Source of the DNA: an uncultured Blautia sp.
GTDB taxonomy: Bacteria > Bacillota > Clostridia > Lachnospirales > Lachnospiraceae
Length of the DNA stretch: 64,000 bases
Assembly: GCA_900539525.1 (NCBI GenBank)
Contig: UQCM01000009.1
Location: 5,535-69,534 of the forward strand
Direction of reading: 5' to 3'
The notes below the pieces were generated by a model. It was not told where the DNA came from. It ran no database searches and saw only the letters and a list, made by a program, of their open reading frames with translations. Position numbers and translations under genes: made by a program. The first letter of the stretch is position 1; each line of letters starts with the position of its first letter. This document shows positions 1 through 9,373 of the stretch, one piece after another.

Positions 1-357
1 TTTGCAGGTGAACGGTTCGGGCTTCAGGTGCTGGCAGACAGGATCTACGTAAACGAGGCAAATTCTACGCGCTTTATCATTGTCACGAATCAGAGAGTGT
101 TCCGGAAAGATGCCGATAAGATCAGTATCTGCTTTGAACTGCCGCATACCAGCGGAAGCCTGTATAATATGCTTTCGCATTTCATATACAATAATATTAA
201 CATGACGAAGATCGAGTCCCGGCCGATCACCGGGCGGAACTGGGAATATCGTTTCTTCATTGATTTTGAAGGAAATCTGAATGACAGCTCTGTAAAAAAT
301 GCCCTGCGCGGTATCCGTGAGGAAGCCAGAAACATGAAAATTCTTGGAAATTATTAA
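1..357 (+). CDS. pheA: Prephenate dehydratase, C-terminal ACT-domain fragment; the 5' end lies outside the window
   Basis: Translation carries the ESRP motif and an ACT-like regulatory tail (TKIESRPITGRNWEYRFFIDFEG). The ORF is open to the left edge. Confidence 0.6.
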   Translation, partial: FAGERFGLQVLADRIYVNEANSTRFIIVTNQRVFRKDADKISICFELPHTSGSLYNMLSHFIYNNINMTKIESRPITGRNWEYRFFIDFEGNLNDSSVKNALRGIREEARNMKILGNY

Positions 358-364
358 TGTGCAG

Positions 365-517
365 GTAACTACTCAGAGTCATGCAGTTTTATAAATATTT
401 GCCGTGGGGAGCCCTCTCACCGGAGGCAAATTTTATAAATCTATAGGGCGAGAGCCCTACATGAGCAAAAGGAAATCCTCGTAGAGGCGATTTTGCGAAT
501 GGACTCTGAATAGTTTC
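365..517. mobile_element. Family-1 MITE-like repeat, full copy of about 153 bp, bounded by the inverted repeats GTAACTACTCAGAGTC and GACTCTGAATAGTTTC
   Basis: The imperfect 16-bp TIRs are visible in the sequence. Its internal modules recur at 39881-39972 (5' half) and 12117-12177 (3' half). Confidence 0.6.
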
Positions 518-635
518 ATGCGCGAAGAGCAGCGGGCAGAAAGAGAGGATTTTGTCGTCAAAAGTTACATAAGTTTCCGCCGTCAGACCGGAGTCTGTCT
601 GAACGGTGGAAGGAATGCGTTTTGAGGAGTAGATT

Positions 636-1967
636 ATGAGAAAAGTGACGAAGAAAGAACAGCTGATCGTATACCGGGATTTCGGCGAAGACAGGCTGCT
701 GGAAAAAATGGAACAGGTTATGCTGTACTATGATATGGCCGGTGAGGAGCTTCCGGATGATCTCTGGTGGGAATCGGGAAGCGCGAAAGGAGACTACTGT
801 GAATGTATCCATGAGCTGATCGACCTGACCGGGAACTACGGCTTTCGCGGGAATCTCTGGCATGCTTACCTGACGCATCATCTGGTGAACAATGAGAATG
901 CATTCAGTAAGGCGTGTGAGATCAGAGGTGCCGTAGAGGGCAGTATTAATGAACTGGTAAAGCATGATTTCACGCTTTTTAAGGAATTATATGACTATGA
1001 TTTCTCAGTAATGGAGAATGCGCTGGGAATCCATTTTTATGGTCTGATTTCTGACTATCAGAATGTAAATGAAGACAGTAAGATCTTTAACCGCCGCATT
1101 CGTGACCGTATCTGCAATCTGAGTGAAAAGCTCGGGAAGGCAAAGGATATTCAGGAATTCATGGAGGATATGACCTCCTTTTACAAGGATTTCGGTGTGG
1201 GCAAGCTGGGACTTCATAAAGCCTTCCGCATCGCCCATACGGATGAGGGGGCACAGATCGTTCCGATCACCAATATCACCCATGTACATCTGGATGACCT
1301 GGTGGGATATGAGATTGCAAAGAAGAAACTGATCGACAATACAGAGGCATTTGTTCATGGAAGGAAGGCAAACAACTGTCTGCTGTTCGGAGATGCAGGG
1401 ACGGGAAAGTCCTCCAGCATCAAAGGGATCCTGAATAAGTATTACGATCAGGGACTCAGGATCATTGAAGTGTATAAGCACCAGTTCAAGGATCTGAATG
1501 ATGTGATCGCGCAGATCAAGAACAGGAACTACCGGTTCATTATTTACATGGATGACTTATCTTTTGAAGAATTTGAGATAGAATATAAATATCTGAAAGC
1601 AATCATTGAGGGCGGGCTGGAGAAGAAGCCGGAGAATGTCCTGATCTATGCCACATCCAACCGGAGACATCTGATCAAGGAGGAATTTGCCGATAAGGAA
1701 GGACGAAGAGATTCCCTTCATTCCTCCGATACCGTACAGGAAAAGCTTTCCCTGGTATCCAGATTCGGAGTACAGATCTTCTTCTGTGCGCCGAATAAAA
1801 AGGAGTATCAGAATATTGTCAGAGTGCTTGCCCAAAAGTATGGAGTTACCATGCCGGAGGAGGAGCTTTTACTGGAGGCAAACAAATGGGAGTTAAGCCA
1901 CGGAGGGCTCTCCGGACGCTCAGCACAGCAGTTTATTGATTATTTACTGGGGCAGCAGAAGGAATAG
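636..1967 (+). CDS. AAA-type ATPase of the DUF815-like family (P-loop GDAGTGKSS)
   Basis: The ATG at 636 is preceded by GGAAGGAA. A Walker A motif is present. The size (443 aa) and layout are typical of DUF815 ATP-binding proteins. Confidence 0.55.
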   Translation: MRKVTKKEQLIVYRDFGEDRLLEKMEQVMLYYDMAGEELPDDLWWESGSAKGDYCECIHELIDLTGNYGFRGNLWHAYLTHHLVNNENAFSKACEIRGAVEGSINELVKHDFTLFKELYDYDFSVMENALGIHFYGLISDYQNVNEDSKIFNRRIRDRICNLSEKLGKAKDIQEFMEDMTSFYKDFGVGKLGLHKAFRIAHTDEGAQIVPITNITHVHLDDLVGYEIAKKKLIDNTEAFVHGRKANNCLLFGDAGTGKSSSIKGILNKYYDQGLRIIEVYKHQFKDLNDVIAQIKNRNYRFIIYMDDLSFEEFEIEYKYLKAIIEGGLEKKPENVLIYATSNRRHLIKEEFADKEGRRDSLHSSDTVQEKLSLVSRFGVQIFFCAPNKKEYQNIVRVLAQKYGVTMPEEELLLEANKWELSHGGLSGRSAQQFIDYLLGQQKE

Positions 1968-1993
1968 CTGCTTCGATACAGAGGAGGGGTTTC

Positions 1994-3517
1994 ATGCAAT
2001 ACAAGATATTTGCTGCCATTGACATAGGTTCCTATGAGGTGGAAATGAAAATCTTTGAGCTGTCGCGCGCAAAGGGAATGCGTGAGATCGACAGTATCCG
2101 TCAGCGTCTGGAGCTGGGGAAGGAAGCCTATACTGCGGGAAAGATCAGTGTGGAAAAGATTGAGAGTCTGTGTATACTGCTGCAGTCCTTCCGGGAGATC
2201 ATGAAAGGATATCAGGTGGATGCATATCGTGCCTGTGCGACCAGTGCGGTCCGTGAGACGAAGAACCGGGTGATCCTCCTGGATTATATTGAAAAAAAGA
2301 CAGGGCTGAAGATTGAAGTATTAAGTAATTCAGAACAGCGCTTCCTGGATTATAAATCCATCGCATCCAGCGAAAATGAATTTAACAAGATCATTCAGAA
2401 GGGAACGGCGATCGTGGACGTGGGAGGCGGAAGCATCCAGGTATCCCTGTTTGATAAGGACAGTCTGATCAGTACCCAGAATATCCGGATCGGAACGCTG
2501 CGCATCCGCGAGCGGCTGGCGTCTCTGGAGAAAAATGTGACACACATGGAAAAAATGATCGAGGAACTGGTGAACAGCGAACTGGCAGGCTTCAAAAAGA
2601 TGTACCTGAAGGAGAGGGAAATCAAGAATCTGATCGTCATTGGTGACAATTTCCGTGAAACAGCAAAGGTTCCGTCCATGACAAGAGAGGAATTTATGGA
2701 ATTCTACCGGCTGGTTACGGAGTATTCGGCAGATGAGGCCGCAGAGAAGCTGGATGTTTCTGCAGAGAACATCTATATGCTGGTTCCCTCTCTGATCATT
2801 TACAGGCGTTTTATCGAGGAATGTGATGTTGAAACCATATGGATGCCGGGCTTTCATCTGAGCGATGGTATCGCATATGAATATGCGCAGAAAAACAAGA
2901 TCATTAAAGCCGGGCACAATTTTGAGGCAGACATCATTGCATCTGCCAGAAATATGGCAAAACGTTATATGTGCGGCAAGAATCATATCCGTGCCATTGA
3001 AGAACTGTCTCTTATGATTTTTGACAGGACAAAAAAGCTGCATGGGCTGGACGCCAGGAAACGCCTGCTTTTACAGATCGCGGCGATTCTTCACGGATGC
3101 GGAAAATACATCAGTCTTTCAGATGTGGCGGAATGCTCCTACAGCATTATCATGGCCACGGAGATCATCGGGCTGTCCCATGCAGAGAGAGAAATCATCG
3201 CAAATATTGTCAGGTACAATACACAGGAACTGGATTATTATGAAAATGCGGGCGGGATCATGGAAAACATGACAAAGGATGATTATCTGGTGATTGCCAG
3301 ACTGACCGCCATCCTGCGTATCGCGAATGCTCTTGACCGCAGCCATCTGCAGAAATTCAAAAATGTGAAAATAGAACTGAAAGATGCGGAACTGGTGATT
3401 CATGTGGAGACACCGGAGGATATTTCCCTGGAGCTGGGGCTGTTTCCTGACAAGGCAGACTTTTTCCAGGAGGTATTCAGTGTACGTCCGGTGATCAAAA
3501 GAAAAAAGGTGAGATAA
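1994..3517 (+). CDS. ppx: Ppx/GppA-family exopolyphosphatase with a C-terminal HD-like domain
   Basis: N-terminal AAIDIGSYEV actin-like fold motif of the Ppx/GppA family. GGAGG RBS. Adjacent to ppk. Confidence 0.8.
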   Translation: MQYKIFAAIDIGSYEVEMKIFELSRAKGMREIDSIRQRLELGKEAYTAGKISVEKIESLCILLQSFREIMKGYQVDAYRACATSAVRETKNRVILLDYIEKKTGLKIEVLSNSEQRFLDYKSIASSENEFNKIIQKGTAIVDVGGGSIQVSLFDKDSLISTQNIRIGTLRIRERLASLEKNVTHMEKMIEELVNSELAGFKKMYLKEREIKNLIVIGDNFRETAKVPSMTREEFMEFYRLVTEYSADEAAEKLDVSAENIYMLVPSLIIYRRFIEECDVETIWMPGFHLSDGIAYEYAQKNKIIKAGHNFEADIIASARNMAKRYMCGKNHIRAIEELSLMIFDRTKKLHGLDARKRLLLQIAAILHGCGKYISLSDVAECSYSIIMATEIIGLSHAEREIIANIVRYNTQELDYYENAGGIMENMTKDDYLVIARLTAILRIANALDRSHLQKFKNVKIELKDAELVIHVETPEDISLELGLFPDKADFFQEVFSVRPVIKRKKVR

Positions 3518-3536
3518 GGAGGCAAGGTGGAAGAGG

Positions 3537-5672
3537 ATGGAAAAATCAGAGTATAAGAAGTCGGAATATTATAGAAACAGGGAGCTTAGCTGGATCCGTT
3601 TTAATGAGCGTGTGCTGAATGAAGCAAGGGATAAGTCGATTCCTCTTTTTGAGAGACTGAAGTTTTTGAGTATTACAGCTTCCAATCTGGATGAATTCTT
3701 CATGATCCGTGTGGCATCCTTAAAAGATATGGTGCATGCCAAATGTGATAAGAAAGACATTGCCGGACTTACTCCGTCTGAACAGCTGGAAAAGATCCTG
3801 GTAGCAACTCATGATCTGGTGAATCTCCAGTATTCTACCTATAACCGTTCTCTGCTGCCTGCCCTGAAGCAGCAGGGGCTGAAGGTGATCACCGAGCATG
3901 AGAAACTGACAAAGGACCAGAAGAGTTTTGTCGATAAGTATTTTGAGGAGAACGTGTACCCGGTATTGACACCAATGGCGGTGGATTCCTCCAGACCCTT
4001 CCCGCTGATCCGCAATAAATCCCTGAATATCGGTGCGCTGATCCGGGAAAAAGGAGAAAAAGAGGCTTATGATTTTGCAACGGTACAGGTGCCCTCTGTG
4101 CTTCCGCGTATCATTGAACTGCCAGAGGGCAAGGATGGGGAGCGGAGAGTGATCCTGCTCGAAGAGGTCATAGAGCGCAACATCGGCCGGCTTTTCCTGA
4201 ACTACGATGTCATCTGTGCACATCCTTACCGGATCATGAGAAATGCCGATCTCTCGATTGATGAGGATGAGGCAGCCGATCTTCTGAAAGAGATCCAGAA
4301 GCAGCTGAAGAAACGTCAGTGGGGAGAGGTGATCCGTCTGGAGGTACAGGAGGATATGGACAGCAGGCTTTTAAAGCTGCTGAAAAAGGATTTCTCCATT
4401 AAGGAGCCTGATATCTTTTCAATCAATGGACCACTTGATCTGACCTTTTTGATGAAGATGTACGGGATGGATGGATTTGATGAGTATAAGACACCGAAAT
4501 ACCAGCCTCAGCCCGTTCCGGAAATGATGACGGATGAGGATATCTTTACACAGATCCGAAAAGGGGATATTCTGCTGCACCATCCCTATATGACCTTTGA
4601 TCCTGTTGTAAACTTTGTGAAGCAGGCGTCGAAGGATCCGGATGTACTGGCGATTAAGCAGACCCTGTATCGTGTCAGCGGCAATTCACCGATCATCGCA
4701 GCTCTGGCACAGGCTGCAGAGAATGGAAAGCAGGTGTCGGTACTGGTAGAGCTGAAGGCGCGTTTTGACGAGGAGAATAATATTATCTGGGCCAAGATGC
4801 TGGAGAAAGCAGGGTGCCATGTGATTTACGGACTGGTGGGACTGAAGACACACAGTAAGATCACTCTTGTAGTCAGAAGAGAGGAGGATGGCATCCGCCG
4901 TTATGTACATCTGGGAACAGGAAACTATAATGATTCAACGGCAAAGCTTTATACAGACTGCGGTCTTCTGACATGCGCAGAGCCTGTGGGAGAGGATGCT
5001 ACCGCAGTGTTCAATATGCTCTCCGGATACTCAGAGCCTAAGAGCTGGAACAAGCTGGTCGTGGCTCCAATCTGGCTGCGTAAGCGTTTCCTGAAGCTGA
5101 TCGAACGCGAGACGAAAAATGCACAGAACGGGAAACCGGCACATATTATTGCAAAGATGAATTCTCTGTGTGATAAGGAGATCATCGCAGCTCTTTATGA
5201 GGCCAGTGCCGCAGGCGTGAAGATTGAGCTGATCATCCGGGGAATCTGCTGTCTGAAGGTGGGCATTCCCGGTGTCAGTGAAAACATTTCTGTGCGTTCG
5301 ATCGTGGGTAATTTTCTGGAGCATGCCCGTATTTACTATTTCCTGAATGATGGCAAGGAAGAGGTGTATATGGGAAGCGCGGACTGGATGCCGAGAAATC
5401 TCGATAAACGTGTGGAGATCCTGTTCCCGGTGGAGTGTGAGAAACTGAAAGCGGAAGCGCGCCACATTCTGGATATCCAGCTGGAGGATAATGTGAAAGC
5501 TTCTGTGCTCCAGCCGGACGGCACCTATGAGAAGATCGATAAAAGAGGAAAGGTCCTGGTAAATGCACAGGAGTTTTTCTGCCGCGAGGCAATGGAAAGA
5601 GCGGAAAGGCCCGAGACGCATGAGGAGGGAAGAGTGTTTATTCCGGCAGAGCCTGCAGAGGATATGGAGTAG
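3537..5672 (+). CDS. ppk: Polyphosphate kinase 1
   Basis: N-terminal YYRNRELSWIRFNERVLNEA signature of PPK1. 711 aa. Confidence 0.9.
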   Translation: MEKSEYKKSEYYRNRELSWIRFNERVLNEARDKSIPLFERLKFLSITASNLDEFFMIRVASLKDMVHAKCDKKDIAGLTPSEQLEKILVATHDLVNLQYSTYNRSLLPALKQQGLKVITEHEKLTKDQKSFVDKYFEENVYPVLTPMAVDSSRPFPLIRNKSLNIGALIREKGEKEAYDFATVQVPSVLPRIIELPEGKDGERRVILLEEVIERNIGRLFLNYDVICAHPYRIMRNADLSIDEDEAADLLKEIQKQLKKRQWGEVIRLEVQEDMDSRLLKLLKKDFSIKEPDIFSINGPLDLTFLMKMYGMDGFDEYKTPKYQPQPVPEMMTDEDIFTQIRKGDILLHHPYMTFDPVVNFVKQASKDPDVLAIKQTLYRVSGNSPIIAALAQAAENGKQVSVLVELKARFDEENNIIWAKMLEKAGCHVIYGLVGLKTHSKITLVVRREEDGIRRYVHLGTGNYNDSTAKLYTDCGLLTCAEPVGEDATAVFNMLSGYSEPKSWNKLVVAPIWLRKRFLKLIERETKNAQNGKPAHIIAKMNSLCDKEIIAALYEASAAGVKIELIIRGICCLKVGIPGVSENISVRSIVGNFLEHARIYYFLNDGKEEVYMGSADWMPRNLDKRVEILFPVECEKLKAEARHILDIQLEDNVKASVLQPDGTYEKIDKRGKVLVNAQEFFCREAMERAERPETHEEGRVFIPAEPAEDME

Positions 5673-5675
5673 AAA

Positions 5676-6974
5676 ATGAAGTATTCAGGATATGAATTAT
5701 TATGGCTGTTCTTTGCATACTCCTTTTTCGGATGGGTGATCGAAACAGCCGTGGCATCCGGAAAACAGAAAGCATTTGTAAACAGAGGTTTCTTTACGGG
5801 TCCTGTGTGTTTTATTTATGGTCTGTCTGCTCTGCTGATGACACTGACACTGGGAGAGCTTAAGAGCAATCCGGTCTTTCTGTTTCTGGGATGTACGTTG
5901 CAGGCGACGTTCGTGGAGTGGGTTACGGGAAAATTACTGGAACGGATGAATCATCACAAGTGGTGGGATTATTCAAACAGGAGATGGAACATTGACGGAT
6001 ATGTATGTCCGGCCTATTCAATGCTCTGGGGAGCGTTGGGAATGCTGGTCATCTGTTATGCCAATGAATTTCTGGTGGTCATCTATGAACTTTTGCCCGA
6101 TCTGCTGACCAGGACGGCTATCTGGAGTATGATTGCAGTTGCGCTGCTTGACAGTATCGCTTCGTTTGCGGCAGTTTTTCACCTTCAGAAAAAGCCGTCA
6201 ACAGTCAGCCGTTTTGACGCCCGCCTGGGTGTCTGGACAGTTCGTCTGCAGAACTGGGTCATCAGCCACGTGGAGAACCGTATGGTGAAGGCATATCCGG
6301 CGATCGCACAGGAGAAGGAGGTACAGGAGCAGGAGGGACATTTTGCAGAGGGATGCGGCTTCTATAAAATGTTCTGGCTGTTTTTTATCGGCGCCTTTCT
6401 GGGGGATATCGTGGAGACGCTGTTCTGCCGTTACAGCATGGGAAGATGGATGAGCAGGAGCAGTCTGGTGTGGGGTCCTTTCAGTATCGTATGGGGACTG
6501 GCGATCGCACTTGCTACGGTTCTGCTCCACAGGGACAGGGAAAAATCAGACGGCTATATCTTTGTGCTCGGCACCTTCCTGGGCGGTGTGTATGAATATG
6601 TATGCAGTGTCTTTACAGAGCTTGTGTTTGGCAAGGTGTTCTGGGATTACAGCAAGATTCCGTTTAATCTGGGAGGAAGGATCAACCTCCTGTATTGCTT
6701 TTTCTGGGGATTCGCTGCGGTCGTCTGGATCAAGATCATGTACCCCAAGGTCTCTGCATGGATCGAAAAGATTCCTCAGAGAGCGGGAAAGATCGCAACA
6801 TGGCTTCTGGTCTGTTTTATGGCAGTGAATATCTGTGTTTCTGCTCTGGCTTTGATCCGGTATGACAGCAGAAGCCATACGGCACAGCCACGGTACAGAT
6901 GGGAGCGGGTAATGGACAGGTATTTTGATGATGACAGGATGAAGCAGATCTATCCGAATGCGATTTCGAAGTAA
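5676..6974 (+). CDS. Polytopic membrane protein made of a tandem duplication of a PF06541-like module (putative ABC-transporter type IV / DUF1113-like)
   Basis: Two internal repeats, each beginning FGWxxE...NRGFxTGPxC. A paralogue lies at 18695-19618. The start overlaps the ppk stop. Confidence 0.5.
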   Translation: MKYSGYELLWLFFAYSFFGWVIETAVASGKQKAFVNRGFFTGPVCFIYGLSALLMTLTLGELKSNPVFLFLGCTLQATFVEWVTGKLLERMNHHKWWDYSNRRWNIDGYVCPAYSMLWGALGMLVICYANEFLVVIYELLPDLLTRTAIWSMIAVALLDSIASFAAVFHLQKKPSTVSRFDARLGVWTVRLQNWVISHVENRMVKAYPAIAQEKEVQEQEGHFAEGCGFYKMFWLFFIGAFLGDIVETLFCRYSMGRWMSRSSLVWGPFSIVWGLAIALATVLLHRDREKSDGYIFVLGTFLGGVYEYVCSVFTELVFGKVFWDYSKIPFNLGGRINLLYCFFWGFAAVVWIKIMYPKVSAWIEKIPQRAGKIATWLLVCFMAVNICVSALALIRYDSRSHTAQPRYRWERVMDRYFDDDRMKQIYPNAISK

Positions 6975-7034
6975 CAGGTAACCACAAGAAATAAATAGCA
7001 CGACAATAGATAGAGATACATAGAAATACATAGA

Positions 7035-7080
7035 ACAGGCAGCCTGCGTTACTGTTTATTAAGTAACGCAGGCTGCCTGT
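7035..7080. terminator. 19-bp-stem hairpin between convergent genes; likely a bidirectional terminator
   Basis: ACAGGCAGCCTGCGTTACT / AGTAACGCAGGCTGCCTGT perfect inverted repeat. The loop contains a GTTACTGTT motif related to the MITE termini. Confidence 0.5.
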
Positions 7081-7134
7081 ATACTAAAGCGTTCATGAAC
7101 ATCTGGCGAAGCGGAATGAGAATGACGCTTTCTT

Positions 7135-8196
7135 TCAGGAAAGCATGAACTTACCGATGATTTCTGAGACACCATCCTCATTGTTCGTCCGTTTTGTTAT
7201 ATAATCGGCAGCAGCCTTTACTTCCGGTGCTGCATTGGCCATAGCCACACCGATCGCTGCCGCCTCGATCATGGAAATGTCATTTTCAGCATCTCCGGCT
7301 GCGATCGTGTTGGCCAGCGGGATATCAAGGTGCTCGCAGAGTATTCGGATTGCTTCCCCTTTAGAAATGCCGGGTGCCACATGTTCCAGATATTCCGGGT
7401 TCGAAAAGAAACGGTCCAGTTTTCCATTGCACCAGACAGCTGTTTCGTCACGGAAGTTTTGCAGCTTCTCCTGGTCTTGCGGATACATGACGATCATTTT
7501 AACAGGTTCTTTTCCGTTCAACGCTTCAATCACATCAGGAACGACACGGCCGCCTACCTTTGTGCTTTTCATATAAGCGTGATAGATCGGGGTATCCGTC
7601 TCTGTAAGAATTCCTTCTTCATCATATGTCTGACAGTGAAGGCCCATCTGCTTCGCAGCATCGAAGATCTGACGGACGTATGGCAGGGGGATCGTTTTCC
7701 GGTAAATGCTTTCGCCTTTCGCTGTATCGTAGATCTCCCCTCCGTTAAAAGAGATGATATAGCATCCCTCTCCGATAAGACCAAGCTCCTTCGCCTGTGC
7801 AAGAGCACTGACGAGAGGACGTCCTGTGGAGATGACAACCTTGTGCCCGGCGCGCAGCGCTTCACGGATCGCTTTGCGGTTTCCGGAGGTAAATTCCTTC
7901 TGGTCATTTAGAAGAGTTCCATCCAGGTCAAGAAAAATGATCCTGCGGTTCTTTTCTTTGTTCAGCAGTTCCTCCAGTGCCTCATCACTGTCACTGATCC
8001 ATACATCCTCCTCTTCGGGTGTTAGTCCGAGATATTCCCGCAGAGTACAGGTTTCATCACTGTAATTCCATTCTTCTGTATAATCAAAGATGGCATCAAA
8101 ATGAATTTCGCCTTTCATGTATTGTTCTCTGAATTTCATAATAATCTCCTGATTCTTGCCGGTAACTGTCTGGGGCAGTATCCTGGCATTACTCAT
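7135..8196 (-). CDS. Cof-type HAD-IIB phosphatase carrying an extra N-terminal domain of about 95 aa
   Basis: IIFLDLDGTLL motif I, followed by Cof-family motifs. The N-terminal extension has no recognisable motif. Confidence 0.75.
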   Translation of the reverse strand: MSNARILPQTVTGKNQEIIMKFREQYMKGEIHFDAIFDYTEEWNYSDETCTLREYLGLTPEEEDVWISDSDEALEELLNKEKNRRIIFLDLDGTLLNDQKEFTSGNRKAIREALRAGHKVVISTGRPLVSALAQAKELGLIGEGCYIISFNGGEIYDTAKGESIYRKTIPLPYVRQIFDAAKQMGLHCQTYDEEGILTETDTPIYHAYMKSTKVGGRVVPDVIEALNGKEPVKMIVMYPQDQEKLQNFRDETAVWCNGKLDRFFSNPEYLEHVAPGISKGEAIRILCEHLDIPLANTIAAGDAENDISMIEAAAIGVAMANAAPEVKAAADYITKRTNNEDGVSEIIGKFMLS

Positions 8197-8221
8197 CTGT
8201 AAACAAAAGTTACCAGTCCCT

Positions 8222-9070
8222 TTATCCCTTTGCTTCTCTTAACTTAGTCAGCAGCTCGTACGGAATCTTCAGATTTCCCTTACCGGTTCCAAGGTCGATA
8301 TCCGGCTTTGTGCTTCCGTGAAAATCGGAGCCTCCGGAGAGAAGAAGCTGATGTCTGTCAGCCATCATGCGGACATACTCCTCATCTGCACGCGAGTAGG
8401 TGGAGTAGAACCCTTCAATACCTGTAAGTCCCACAGCTTTGAGACTCTCGATCAGCTCATCCATGGAAGCATCATCCAGATGATACAGCATGGGGTGTGC
8501 CAGTACCGGTATTCCATTTGCCAGGCGGATCAGCTCAACCGCCTGTACAGGGGTGACCTTTTCTCTCGGGATGAAGCAGCAGGCATCATCTGCCAGATAC
8601 CGGGAAAATGCTTCCTTAATGTCGGGAACGTAGCCGTGTTCCAGCAGGAATTTGCCAAAATGTGCCCTTGTCCAGACGGCATCAGGGTACTCCTGCATCA
8701 TCGCCTCCCAGGTAATATCGATGCCTTCCTCGCGGAGGCGGGAAATCATTTTTTCGTTCCGGATATCCCTGGAATTCTGGAAACGGGTGAGCTGTCTGCA
8801 GAATTCCGGCATCCGGTAATCAAAATCCAGTCCCACGATATGAACATCTTTTCCGTGGAATTCCGTGGAAAACTCAATACCGCCGATGACCTCAAGGCCG
8901 GAACCCTCCGCAGCCGCGAAGATCTCAGGAAGTCCGTCAATGGTGTCGTGGTCCGTAAGGGCGATTGCCGCCAGCTTCTTTTTTAATGCGTAATCCACCA
9001 GCTCCGTCGGGGTAAAGGTACCGTCGGAGCAGTTGGAATGTACATGTAGATCGATATATTTTTTACTCAT
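8222..9070 (-). CDS. PHP-domain phosphoesterase (TrpH/YciV-like)
   Basis: MSKKYIDLHVHSNCSDG PHP signature. Start reset to the ATG at 9070, which has a GGAAAGGAACA-type RBS. The extended N-terminus in the track is rejected. Confidence 0.75.
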   Translation of the reverse strand: MSKKYIDLHVHSNCSDGTFTPTELVDYALKKKLAAIALTDHDTIDGLPEIFAAAEGSGLEVIGGIEFSTEFHGKDVHIVGLDFDYRMPEFCRQLTRFQNSRDIRNEKMISRLREEGIDITWEAMMQEYPDAVWTRAHFGKFLLEHGYVPDIKEAFSRYLADDACCFIPREKVTPVQAVELIRLANGIPVLAHPMLYHLDDASMDELIESLKAVGLTGIEGFYSTYSRADEEYVRMMADRHQLLLSGGSDFHGSTKPDIDLGTGKGNLKIPYELLTKLREAKG

Positions 9071-9304
9071 TGCTGTTCCTTTCTGCCGGAGCGTACAGGT
9101 ATCCTCAGACAGGAATACCCGGTATGACTCCGAAATGATATGATGTTGGGGGCAAAAGCATTTGACCCCATGATGACCCACGCTTTCAAAAAAGCATCCT
9201 CACCGCAACAGGAAAGGATTTCATGTGGTTTCTACTAGTATACCCGTAACGGGAAACGGTTTCAATAGAAAAAGCTGTTTTAAAAACGGTTTCTGTGATA
9301 GAAT

Positions 9305-9349
9305 GTAACTGTTCAGAGCCGGTTTTGCGAGTGGGCTCTGAACAGTTAC
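9305..9349. repeat. Family-1 minimal element: the two TIRs (GTAACTGTTCAGAGCC / GGCTCTGAACAGTTAC) flank only 13 nt
   Basis: Perfect 16-bp inverted repeat identical to the family-1 termini. Lies 25 nt upstream of the AAA+ gene start. Confidence 0.6.
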
Positions 9350-9373
9350 CTCTTTTTGAAAGGAACAGATGAA

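Noticed and set aside
6975-7034. Short tandem repeat ATACATAGAA x2-3 downstream of the membrane-protein gene
   Set aside because: Only 2-3 units, within an AT-rich spacer before the terminator hairpin. Too short to call a meaningful repeat feature.
7330-7911. 193-aa ORF antisense to the Cof-HAD gene; similar long antisense ORFs at 10665-11165, 12139-12756, 24969-25835, 30000-30626, 54356-55198
   Set aside because: Each is fully embedded in a well-supported gene on the opposite strand. They have low-complexity or odd composition and no RBS. These are typical shadow ORFs.
8222-9181. Extended N-termini proposed by the ORF track for the PHP protein (to 9181), exonuclease (to 18645), TrpB2 (to 28429), YmxH (from 32370), NusB (from 55864), permease (from 40857)
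   Set aside because: In each case an internal ATG is preceded by a GGAGG-like RBS and matches the expected family N-terminus. The upstream extension overlaps neighbouring genes or repeats.
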